Assembly (NCBI GenBank): GCA_965205265.1
Contig: CBDBGH010000003.1
Coordinates: 128,001-192,000, forward strand
DNA length: 64,000 bases
Direction: 5' to 3'
Source of the DNA: Alphaproteobacteria bacterium
Lineage (GTDB): Bacteria > Pseudomonadota > Alphaproteobacteria > Bin95
Position numbers and translations under genes: made by a program
Shown here: positions 31,574-41,508 of the stretch, in pieces
Layout of the letters: the number at the start of each line of letters is the position of its first letter
Numbering within the stretch: the first letter of the stretch is position 1
Notes under the pieces: model-generated
What the model was told of the DNA's origin: nothing
The model's input: the letters and a program-made list of their open reading frames with translations, nothing else
Database searches by the model: none

Positions 31574-33391
31574 ATGCGAACGCTTTTCGTCCTGTTGCTC
31601 TGCGCGGCATTCGTCCCGTTCGACGGCCGCGCCGAGACGGTCCACCGCGCTCACGCCATCGCCATGCACGGCGAGCCGAAATACCCGGCCGGTTTTCCCC
31701 ATTTCGACTATGTGAACCCGGAGGCGCCCAAGGGCGGTGTCATCCGGTTCGGCGTGCAGGGCAGCTTCGACACATTCAACCCCTATAACGGCAAGGGCAA
31801 TGCGGCGGCCATGGCCAATCCGGTCGAGACGCTGCTGACGAACAGCGACGACGAACCGTTCACCGCATACGGGCTGATCGCGGAGAGCCTGGAGTGGCCG
31901 GAAGACCGGTCCTGGGTCGTCTTCCACCTGCGCGAAGACGCGCGCTGGCATGACGGCAGGCCGATCGCGGTCGAGGATGTGATCTTCTCGCTGGAATTGC
32001 TGAAGGCGCAGGGCGAGCCGTTCTTCCGCCACTATTACGCCGATGTCGGCAAGGGCGAGAAGGTGGGGCCGCGGAGCGTCCGGTTCCGGTTTTCGGGCGG
32101 CGAGAACCGCGAATTGCCGCTGATCGTCGGCCAGATACCGATCCTGCCGAAGCATTACTGGGAGGGGCGCGACTTCCAGGCGACGACGCTCGACCCGCCG
32201 CTCGGCAGCGGCCCCTACCGCGTCTCCTCCTTCGAGACCGGGCGCTATCTGGAGCTGGAGCGCATCGAGGACTATTGGGGCCGGGACCTGCCGGTCAGGC
32301 GCGGCACCGGGAATTTCGACCGCATGCGCTACGAGTATTTCCGCGATGCGACGCCGATCCGCGAAGCCCTCAAGTCCGGCGATATCGACTACCGGGAGGA
32401 GAACATCTCCAAGTCCTGGGCCACGGAATACGACATCGAGCCGGTGCGGAAGGGGTGGCTGAAGAAGGAAAGCATCCAACATGGGCGCGTCGCGCCGATG
32501 CAGGCCTTCGTCTTCAACGCCCGGCGCGACATCTTCAAGGACCGGCGGGTGCGCCGGGCGCTCGGCTACGCCTTCGATTTCGAGTGGTCGAACCGGACGT
32601 TGTTCTACGGCATCTACAACCGGACGGGGAGCTATTTCGACAACTCGGAGCTTGCTTCGTCGGGCGTGCCGCAGGGCCGGGAGCTGGAGCTTCTGGAGCC
32701 CTTCCGGGACAGCCTGCCGCCCGAGGTCTTCACCGAGCCGTTCGAGCTGCCGAAAACCGACGGGAAAGGCTGGCCGCGCCAGAACTACCGCGCCGCGCTC
32801 AGCCTGCTGAAAGAGGCAGGCTGGGAACTCCGGGACCTGAAGCTCGTCCATGCGGGGACCGGCAAGCCGATGGCGTTCGAGATATTGCTGCGCAACCCGG
32901 CCTTCGAGCGCGTCTTCCTGCCCTTTGCGCGCAACCTGAAGCGGCTCGGCGTCGAAGCCCGGATACGGCTGGTGGACCCCTCGCAATATGCGCAGCGCGT
33001 GCGCGGGCGCGATTTCGACATGATCGTCGGCGGCTGGGGCCAGAGCCATTCGCCCGGCAACGAGCAGCGCGACTACTGGGGCTCGGCCGCCGCCGGCCAG
33101 TTCGCCAGCCGCAATTCCGCCGGTATCGCCGATCCGGCGGTCGATGCGCTGGTGGAGAGCCTGATCGCCGCCCCCGACCGCGAGGAGCTGGTCTATCGCA
33201 CGAGGGCGCTCGACCGGGTGCTGCTGCACGGCTACTGGGTGATACCCAACTGGCACACCTCCGCCGACCGCGTGCTCTACTGGGACAAGTTCGGACGCCC
33301 GCCGACGGTGCCGATGGACGGTGTCAACACGAACCGCTGGTGGTTCGAGCCCGCGAAGGCGGCCGCGCTCAAAGCGGCGCGCGGCGGCTGA
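31574..33391 (+). CDS. yejA: Peptide ABC transporter substrate-binding protein YejA
   Basis: HAIAMHGEPKY...FDYVNPEAPKGG, YGLIAES, SPGNEQRDYWGS, RALDRVLL. Confidence 0.92.
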   Translation: MRTLFVLLLCAAFVPFDGRAETVHRAHAIAMHGEPKYPAGFPHFDYVNPEAPKGGVIRFGVQGSFDTFNPYNGKGNAAAMANPVETLLTNSDDEPFTAYGLIAESLEWPEDRSWVVFHLREDARWHDGRPIAVEDVIFSLELLKAQGEPFFRHYYADVGKGEKVGPRSVRFRFSGGENRELPLIVGQIPILPKHYWEGRDFQATTLDPPLGSGPYRVSSFETGRYLELERIEDYWGRDLPVRRGTGNFDRMRYEYFRDATPIREALKSGDIDYREENISKSWATEYDIEPVRKGWLKKESIQHGRVAPMQAFVFNARRDIFKDRRVRRALGYAFDFEWSNRTLFYGIYNRTGSYFDNSELASSGVPQGRELELLEPFRDSLPPEVFTEPFELPKTDGKGWPRQNYRAALSLLKEAGWELRDLKLVHAGTGKPMAFEILLRNPAFERVFLPFARNLKRLGVEARIRLVDPSQYAQRVRGRDFDMIVGGWGQSHSPGNEQRDYWGSAAAGQFASRNSAGIADPAVDALVESLIAAPDREELVYRTRALDRVLLHGYWVIPNWHTSADRVLYWDKFGRPPTVPMDGVNTNRWWFEPAKAAALKAARGG

Positions 33392-33422
33392 CCGCCCGCC
33401 GGCGGCGCGCGCAAGCCGGCCG

Positions 33423-34511
33423 ATGGCAGCCTATATCCTGCGCCGGCTCGCGCTGATGGCGCCGACCTTCCTCGGCATCATCCTCATCAATTTCGTCGTC
33501 ATCCAGTTCGCCCCCGGCGGGCCCGTCGACCAGGCGATCGCGCAATTGGAGGGCTATGGCGACGCCGCGATCGAGCGGGTGACGCGCGGCGGCGCGGAGA
33601 TCGTCCGCAGCGCGGAGAGCTCCGACAGCCGCTACCGGGGCGCGCAGGGCCTCGACCCCGCCTATATCGCCGAACTGGAGAAACGGTTCGGCTTCGACCG
33701 GCCGGTGCATGAGCGCTTCTTCAAGATGGTCGGCGACTATCTCAGCTTCGACTTCGGCGAGAGCTATTTCCGGGACGAGCGCGTGGTGGACCTCGTGCTG
33801 GAGAAAATGCCGGTCTCGATCTCGCTCGGCCTCTGGACGACGCTCCTGGTCTATCTCATCTCGATCCCGCTCGGTGTCGCCAAGGCGGTGCGCGACGGCT
33901 CGCGCTTCGACATCTGGACGAGCGCGGTCGTCGTGTTCGGCAACGCCATCCCGTCCTTCATCTTCGCGGTCATGCTGCTGGTGCTGTTCGCCGGCGGCAG
34001 CTATCTCGACTGGTTCCCGCTGAAGGGGCTGACCTCCGACGGCGCGGAGACCTGGCCCTGGTATGCGCAGGTCGCGGACTATTTCTGGCATCTGGCGCTG
34101 CCGGTCACGGCCATGGTGGTCGGCGGCTTCGCGACCCTCACCCTGCTTACCAAGAACTCCTTCCTCGACCAGATCGGTCAGCAATATGTGCTGACCGCGA
34201 GGGCCAAGGGCCTGACGGCGCGCCGGGTGCTCTACGGCCATGTCTTCCGCAACGCCATGCTGATCGTCATCGCCGGCTTCCCGGCGGCCTTCGTCGGTGT
34301 GCTGTTCACCGGCGCGGTGCTGATCGAGACGATCTTCTCGCTGGACGGGCTCGGCCTGCTCGGCTTCGAGGCGGCGCTCAACCGCGACTACCCGATCATG
34401 TTCGCCTCGCTCTGGTTCTTCACGCTGCTCGGCCTCGTCATGCAGCTCATCGGCGACCTCGCCTACATGCTGGTGGACCCGCGCATCGACTTCGAGACGA
34501 GGCAGGTCTGA
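33423..34511 (+). CDS. yejB: Peptide ABC transporter permease YejB
   Basis: MAAYILRRL, QFAPGGPV, YRGAQGLDP, TKNSFLD, LYGHVFRNAML. Confidence 0.93.
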   Translation: MAAYILRRLALMAPTFLGIILINFVVIQFAPGGPVDQAIAQLEGYGDAAIERVTRGGAEIVRSAESSDSRYRGAQGLDPAYIAELEKRFGFDRPVHERFFKMVGDYLSFDFGESYFRDERVVDLVLEKMPVSISLGLWTTLLVYLISIPLGVAKAVRDGSRFDIWTSAVVVFGNAIPSFIFAVMLLVLFAGGSYLDWFPLKGLTSDGAETWPWYAQVADYFWHLALPVTAMVVGGFATLTLLTKNSFLDQIGQQYVLTARAKGLTARRVLYGHVFRNAMLIVIAGFPAAFVGVLFTGAVLIETIFSLDGLGLLGFEAALNRDYPIMFASLWFFTLLGLVMQLIGDLAYMLVDPRIDFETRQV

Positions 34512-34514
34512 GCC

Positions 34515-35539
34515 GTGCCCATGAGTCCGCTGACGCGCCGGCGCCTCGCCAATTTCCGGGCCAACCGGCGCGGCTGGTGGTCGCTCTGGATCTTCCTGGC
34601 GCTCTTCGTCCTCTCGCTCGGGGCGGAGTTCATCGCCAACGACAGGCCCTTCGTCGTCTTCTATGACGGCGGGCTCTACATGCCGGTCTTCGAGCGCTAT
34701 CCGGAGACCGTCTTCGGCGGCGAGTTCGAGACCGAGGCCGACTACCGCGACCCCTATGTCCGCGAGCTGATCGCGGAGAAGGGCTGGATGCTGAGCCCGC
34801 TCATCTCTTACGACTACCGCACCGTCGCCTGGGACCTGGCCACGCCCGCGCCCTCCGCGCCCGATGCGGAGCACTGGCTCGGCACGGACGACCAGGCCCG
34901 CGACGTGATGGCCCGCCTGATATACGGGTTCCGCGTCTCGGTGCTGTTCGGGCTCACGCTCACGCTCTTCAGCAGCATCGTCGGTGTGGCGGCCGGGGCC
35001 GTGCAGGGCTATTTCGGCGGCTGGACCGACCTGATCGGCCAGCGGCTGATCGAAATCTGGGGCAGCATGCCGACGCTCTACCTGCTCATCATCCTCGCCA
35101 GCACGATCACGCCGACCTTCTGGTGGCTGCTCGGGCTGCTGCTGCTGTTCTCCTGGATCGCGCTGGTCGGGCTGGTGCGCGCCGAGTTCCTGCGCGCGCG
35201 CAATTTCGACTATGTGCGCGCCGCCCGCGCGCTCGGCGTCTCCAACCCGGTCGTGATCTTCCGCCATGTGCTGCCGAACGCGATGGTCGCGACGATCACC
35301 TTCCTGCCCTTCGTGCTGATCGGCGCCATCACCTCGCTGACCGGCCTCGACTTCCTCGGCTTCGGGCTGCCGGTCGGCTCCGCCTCGCTCGGCGAACTGC
35401 TGGCGCAGGGCAAGGCCAATCTCCAGGCGCCCTGGCTCGGCCTCACCGCCTTCTTCTCGCTCGCCGTGCTGCTCTCGCTGCTGGTGTTCATCGGCGAGGC
35501 GGTGCGCGACGCCTTCGACCCGCGCAAGGGGCTCGCGGG

Positions 35540-35543
<4 letters not shown>
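34515..35543 (+). CDS. yejE: Peptide ABC transporter permease YejE
   Basis: FRANRRGWWSL, YPETVFGG, WLGTDDQARD, GEAVRDAFDPR. Confidence 0.93.
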
Positions 35544-37153
<1,610 letters not shown>

Positions 37154-37274
37154 CGCATTGTTCCTGATAAGTGCTGGTAGCGGCGATGCGGCGCGGGCGC
37201 CGGACCGCTTCGGGGAAGCGTCATGGAATGTCATGTTCCGGCGCGCCGGGCCGCCTCCGCGTGGCTCGTTTCCA

Positions 37275-37405
37275 CGTCGCCCCGGACTCGATCCGGGGCC
37301 CATCCCTGACCGTTTGCGCCCGCCGCGGCCGTTCGAGAAAGGATTGGACCGCTCGCGCCTGCCGAGAGCGCCCGGGATGGGCCCCGGATCAAGTCCGGGG
37401 CGACG
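37275..37405. repeat. Palindromic dispersed repeat
   Basis: CGTCGCCCCGGACTCGATCCGGGGCCCATCCC ... GGGATGGGCCCCGGATCAAGTCCGGGGCGACG. Confidence 0.85.
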
Positions 37406-37514
37406 GGATGGGTGCGGACCGCGCGCGCAAAACCCGGCAAATTCGATGTCTTCACAACCTCTTTCGAGGGGGCGACGAATGCGGGCGCGAGCGCCGGCCC
37501 ACTCCAGCGTCGTG

Positions 37515-37604
37515 TCATGGGATGTCATGAAATGTAATGGTCCGGGGCGAAATCGGCGCTTCCGGGCGGGTGGAGAGGGCGGTGGTCGGGTCAGGTAGGG
37601 GCAT
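37515..37604 (-). CDS. Mini-ORF, 29 aa (MPLPDPTTALSTRPEAPISPRTITFHDIP)
   Basis: GAGGAG RBS 5 nt before ATG; homologous to 37842-37919. Confidence 0.4.
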   Translation of the reverse strand: MPLPDPTTALSTRPEAPISPRTITFHDIP

Positions 37605-37653
37605 GGCGGCTCCTCGGTTCGGCTCGTGTTCATTCGGCACACCGCCCGGCTGT

Positions 37654-37791
37654 GGAGCGACCCTTTACCGCGCGCATTTGCGTGCGGGCGCGGGCGCGTG
37701 TCGGCGCCGGCGCGGTTCGCGCGCCTGATTGCCCGCGCGAGGCAGGCTGAGGACGCACTTCGCCTGTCGGCTGAACCGGAGTCGGTCCGCA
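37654..37791. repeat. Conserved ~140-nt element, copy A
   Basis: GGAGCGACCCTTTACCGCGCGCATTTGCGTGCGGGCGCGGG...CGCCTGTCGGCTGAACCGGAGTCGGTCCGCA; near-identical to 37996-38135. Confidence 0.9.
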
Positions 37792-37841
37792 TGCGCGTCG
37801 GCGCGGGAAGATTGTGGCCTGTCATGGAATGTCATATTTAC

Positions 37842-37919
37842 TCACACTTTGTCATGGTAGTGACGGCGGAAGGCTTCCTGGCGGGAGGAGAGGGCGAGGG
37901 TCGGGTCGATGATGGGCAT
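37842..37919 (-). CDS. Mini-ORF, 25 aa (MPIIDPTLALSSRQEAFRRHYHDKV)
   Basis: AAGGAG RBS 8 nt before ATG; LSSRQEAF.RHY resembles the first helix of terminase-small-subunit-type HTH proteins. Confidence 0.4.
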   Translation of the reverse strand: MPIIDPTLALSSRQEAFRRHYHDKV

Positions 37920-37995
37920 GGGCGCGGCTCCTTCGTTCCGGCCCGCGTCCGGCGCGGACGCCGGCGCGGGTTTGCAGACAGGCCGCCCCGGCATC

Positions 37996-38135
37996 GGAGC
38001 GACCCTTTATCGCGCGCATTTGCGTGCGGGCGCGGGCGGGCGTTAGCGCCGGCGCGGTTTGCGCGCCTGATTGCGCGTGCGCGAGGCAGGCGCAGGGCGC
38101 ACCTCGCCTGTCGGCTGAATCGGGGTCGTTCCGCA
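37996..38135. repeat. Conserved ~140-nt element, copy B
   Basis: GGAGCGACCCTTTATCGCGCGCATTTGCGTGCGGGCGCGGG...CGCCTGTCGGCTGAATCGGGGTCGTTCCGCA. Confidence 0.9.
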
Positions 38136-38187
38136 CCGGGCCGGCGCGGGCGGGATGCGGTCCATGGACTCCGCTTCCCTCGGACCC

Positions 38188-38214
38188 ATCATAGCACAAA
38201 CCGATAAATGTCAA
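38188..38214 (-). promoter_or_regulatory. Candidate sigma70 promoter reading into the tandem element
   Basis: Minus strand TTGACA-N15-TATGAT with extended -10 TG, in an AT-rich patch; the spacer is short. Confidence 0.4.
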
Positions 38215-38317
38215 GTATAATTTGTGGAAAATTCCTATACAATCGAACAAATCGGGCGATGGAACTGTGGAAAACAATGCGGACGTGCCCCCGGCACAAG
38301 GCTGTCGAGGAAGTGCC

Positions 38318-38424
38318 GGTGAAGCAGAGGCCCGGCCCGGCCCGTCTTCGAGATGCCGCGCGACGACTACACCAAAGCCCTCCTCGCCGCCGCCTTCGAT
38401 CTTGAGGCGCGGGAGACGGAGTAG
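38318..38424 (+). repeat. Direct repeat copy 2: degenerate duplicate of yejF 3' end
   Basis: Encodes VFEMPRDDYTKALLAAAFDLEARETE* versus yejF VFEAPRDDYTKALLAAAFDLEAREAE*. Confidence 0.9.
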
Positions 38425-38455
38425 GGCGGCGCATCTCGCCTTTTTCCTTCGTATA

Positions 38456-38474
38456 GTTATCGGATAGTGATAAC
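38456..38474. promoter_or_regulatory. Inverted-repeat operator
   Basis: GTTATC-N7-GATAAC just upstream of the HTH gene at 38503. Confidence 0.55.
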
Positions 38475-38502
38475 CTTGGATGCCATGACAGCGTCCGCCC
38501 CC

Positions 38503-38883
38503 ATGACGACATTGAAGATCGGAATCGCCGGGTACGGCCGGATGAAAGCGCGGACGATGGCAATCGCGCGGGGAGAGCACAAACCCTCCGGGGATGAGCC
38601 GATGGTCTGGTTCGCATCCGTCGAGAGCTTTGCCAGGGTGCTCTCCGGGCACAATCGCGAACTGCTGGCGGTGATTGTGCGGGAGCAGCCGGGTTCGCTC
38701 ACGGAGTTGGCGGCGCTGGCCGGGCGAAGCAAGTCGAACCTGTCGCGCACCCTCAAGACAATGTCGCGCTACGGCCTGGTGGAATTGGCGGCGGGGCGGC
38801 GCGGCGCGCTCGTTCCCCGCGTTCCCTACGACCGGGTAAGCCTCGACCTGCCGCTGACGGCCTCGCCGCGCGAGGCTGCATGA
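38503..38883 (+). CDS. wHTH DNA-binding protein (HVO_A0114/TumA-like antitoxin), orphan
   Basis: MTTLKIGIA...WFASVESFARVLS..NRELL...PGSLTELAALAGRSKSNLSRTLKTM..YGLVEL. Confidence 0.8.
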   Translation: MTTLKIGIAGYGRMKARTMAIARGEHKPSGDEPMVWFASVESFARVLSGHNRELLAVIVREQPGSLTELAALAGRSKSNLSRTLKTMSRYGLVELAAGRRGALVPRVPYDRVSLDLPLTASPREAA

Positions 38884-38916
38884 GGCAGCCTGCTGCGGGG
38901 CGGTATTTTTCGGCCG

Positions 38917-39618
38917 TCAATGCTCTTCGTCGCGGCGGACTTTGGACAAGGCGGACGAAATAAGGCCTGCCGGAACGGCCACAATTCCGAGACCGCACAT
39001 CAGGATTACGAATGTGAACGCCTTGCCCCCTGCCGTTACGGGATAAACATCGCCGTAGCCGACGGTCGTGAGAGTGGCGACAGCCCACCAGATACTGTGG
39101 AAGATCGACCGGAACGCTTCCGGCTGGGCCTCATGCTCGAAGTGGTATATTCCGGCGGCCGAGATATACAGAAGCACTGCCGTCGCCATGAAGAATATGA
39201 CGGCTTCTTCCCGGACTTCCGCAAGCGCCTTGCCGAATCGCTCCATCGTCCTGCTGTAGCGGGCCAGTTTCAGGATGCGGAAAATGCGAAGAAGGCGGAA
39301 TGCCCTGAGGGCGTAAAGGTCGATACCAAGCAGGAGATAGAAGGGCGCAATTGCGATCAGGTCTATCAGGCCGTAGAAGCTGAAGATATATCTCCATTTG
39401 TTCGGGGCTGTAACGATGCGCAGGCCGTATTCCAAAGTGAACAATACGGTAATTCCGATTTCCAGTGAGAAAAGAAAATGTTTCAGTTGAGGCGATAAAT
39501 CCGGCAATGTTTCGACCGACAGGGAAACAATCGAAATCGCAATGAGAACAAGAACCGCAATGTCGAAAATCCTGCCGGGAACGGTATCGGACTCTTGCAC
39601 GATTTTCCGCAGGTTCAT
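38917..39618 (-). CDS. Voltage-gated potassium channel-like ion transporter
   Basis: S4-like RAFRLLRIFRILKLARY and selectivity filter TTVGYGD; lower GC than neighbours. Confidence 0.92.
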   Translation of the reverse strand: MNLRKIVQESDTVPGRIFDIAVLVLIAISIVSLSVETLPDLSPQLKHFLFSLEIGITVLFTLEYGLRIVTAPNKWRYIFSFYGLIDLIAIAPFYLLLGIDLYALRAFRLLRIFRILKLARYSRTMERFGKALAEVREEAVIFFMATAVLLYISAAGIYHFEHEAQPEAFRSIFHSIWWAVATLTTVGYGDVYPVTAGGKAFTFVILMCGLGIVAVPAGLISSALSKVRRDEEH

Positions 39619-39696
39619 TGCTCGTCTCCCTCCGGTTTGAAGAGACAGGGTGTCCTGAAAGGACGCCGGTCCGGCCGGGCCGGCGGCGGGGCCGGC

Positions 39697-40497
39697 CTAT
39701 TGCGCCGTGCCCACCGCGACATCGGCGGTGAGGGTTTCCGCGCTTTCGCCGTGGATGTGGCCGCGGATGGGGGCGGCGTCGAAGGCGTCGAGGCCGGAGC
39801 CGAGGCGGACATAGGCGTCGGTCGGGCTCTGGCGGTGGGTCGGGTCGAAGCCGACCCAGCCGAGCCCCTGCACCCAGGCTTCCGCCCAGGCATGGGTTTC
39901 GCCGAGCGGGGATTCTGGGTCGTGCAGATAGCCGACGACATAGCGCGCCGGGACTTCGAGGAAGCGGCAGGCGGCGGCGAAGAGATGCGCCTGGTCCTGG
40001 CAGACGCCGGCGCCGCGCTCCAGCGCCCCGGCGGCCGTGACGCTGCCGTCGGTCGCGCCCGGGCGGTATTCGACCGCGTCGGCGACGGCTTCGTTCAGCT
40101 TGTGGAGCATCGGCAGCAGGCCGTCGCTCGCGGCGGCGACCTGCTGCGCGAAACCGGCAATGCCGCCCTCGGGTCCGGTGAGCGGCGTATAGCGCAGGAA
40201 AACCGCCGGGCGGTGCGGCGGCCAGCGGCCGAGCATGCCGGCCCTGTCCTCGGTCTCGACCGTGCCCTCGACCGAGACCTCCACCCGCTCCACCCGCTCC
40301 GGCGCCCGCCAGAGCGCCTCCCGGTCGCCGAAGGAGTTGGTCAGCAGCGGCGCGACCTCGGACCCGTTCACGCGCACCGACCAGGCCTCGACGCGCTGCA
40401 TGGCGCAATCGACCGCGAACAGCCTGAGCCGCAGGGTCAGCTGCGCGGGCGGCGGGTCGTAGCCGTAAACCGTATCGTGGCGGATGGAGAGGCGCAT
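39697..40497 (-). CDS. Transglutaminase family protein
   Basis: MRLSIRHDTVYGY, GVCQDQAH, PARYVVGYL, THAWAEAW, WVGFDPT. Confidence 0.92.
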   Translation of the reverse strand: MRLSIRHDTVYGYDPPPAQLTLRLRLFAVDCAMQRVEAWSVRVNGSEVAPLLTNSFGDREALWRAPERVERVEVSVEGTVETEDRAGMLGRWPPHRPAVFLRYTPLTGPEGGIAGFAQQVAAASDGLLPMLHKLNEAVADAVEYRPGATDGSVTAAGALERGAGVCQDQAHLFAAACRFLEVPARYVVGYLHDPESPLGETHAWAEAWVQGLGWVGFDPTHRQSPTDAYVRLGSGLDAFDAAPIRGHIHGESAETLTADVAVGTAQ

Positions 40498-40508
40498 GCG
40501 GCGAGCCT

Positions 40509-41438
40509 TCAGAAATGGTAGGCGCGGGAGAGCTCGCCGGAGAGGCGGGCATTCAGCCGGAGCGCCTCCAGCAGGAACTCGTGCAGCCCCTCGTCGAAAA
40601 TGTCGTCCATATCCCGGTTCTGCAGCCGGCGGACGGTCTGCTCGACCGTGGCGTGGCAGTCGTGGCGCGCGCCGTACCGGTCCGCCAGGCGGGCGAGCGC
40701 CGCCCTCAGGCCGGCGTAGCAGAAGGCGAGCGAGCACGGGAACTCGGCATTCAGGATCATGAAATGGGCGATTTTCGACGGGTCGAAATCGCCGCGATAG
40801 ACATAGTGGAAGGCGCGCACTGCCGACGTGGCGTGCAGCAGGCTGATCCAGCGGTAGCGGTCGCGGTTGTCGAGCAGGAGGCCGGTTTCGGGCAGCAGCA
40901 CGAAATATTTGGCGTCGAGGAGCCGGAGCGTCATGTCGGCGCGTTCGAGGAAGGCCCCAGCGGAGAGGAAGTCGTAACGCTCGCCGCGCAGCATGGTCGT
41001 CTGCGCCGCGCCCCGGAAGAGCGCCGAGAGGCTCCTGATGCGGTCCAGCGTGGCGGGCAGGTCCCGCCGGACGGTCTCCGCTTCGACGCCGCCGAGCCAC
41101 CGCCAGCCGTCGTTCAGCCCCTCCCACATGTCGGCGGTGAGCGCGGTGCGCACGGCGCGGGCATTGTTCCGGGCGCTGTCGAAGCAGGCCCGGATCGAGG
41201 AGGGGTTGTCCTCGTCGAGAATGAGGCTCCGGCAGACCTCGGCCTCGCCGACCCGGTCATCGGGGCCGAACGCCGCGCCGGCCCCGGCCGCGGCCGCAAC
41301 CGAGCGCCACTCCTCCTGCCCGTAGGCGCCGGGCAGCATCGCCATGCGCCGGCCCATATCGATCAGCCGCGCGGTCGCCTCCGCGCGCTCCAGGTAGCGC
41401 GCCATCCAGAAAAGGCTCTCCGCCGTCCGGCTCAGCAT
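40509..41438 (-). CDS. Alpha-E domain protein (DUF403)
   Basis: MLSRTAESLFWMARYLERAEATARL, ARNNARAVR, LERADMTLRLLD. Confidence 0.93.
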   Translation of the reverse strand: MLSRTAESLFWMARYLERAEATARLIDMGRRMAMLPGAYGQEEWRSVAAAAGAGAAFGPDDRVGEAEVCRSLILDEDNPSSIRACFDSARNNARAVRTALTADMWEGLNDGWRWLGGVEAETVRRDLPATLDRIRSLSALFRGAAQTTMLRGERYDFLSAGAFLERADMTLRLLDAKYFVLLPETGLLLDNRDRYRWISLLHATSAVRAFHYVYRGDFDPSKIAHFMILNAEFPCSLAFCYAGLRAALARLADRYGARHDCHATVEQTVRRLQNRDMDDIFDEGLHEFLLEALRLNARLSGELSRAYHF

Positions 41439-41508
41439 CGTCCCGGTTCCGCAGGGTTCGGGGGGCAGTATAGGCGGGTTTCGCGCCGGCTGTCCCGCCG
41501 GGAGACGG

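Noticed and set aside
29864-33256. 1130-aa minus-strand ORF and other long antisense ORFs (7463-9757, 12673-15099, 35210-37825, 49956-52307, 55389-57776)
   Set aside because: Shadow ORFs opposite well-supported genes, expected in high-GC DNA; no recognisable motifs.
37200-38240. Repeat region as a CRISPR array
   Set aside because: Repeats are ~140 nt in two copies, or 15 nt with irregular ~300-nt spacing; there is no regular repeat-spacer period and no cas genes.
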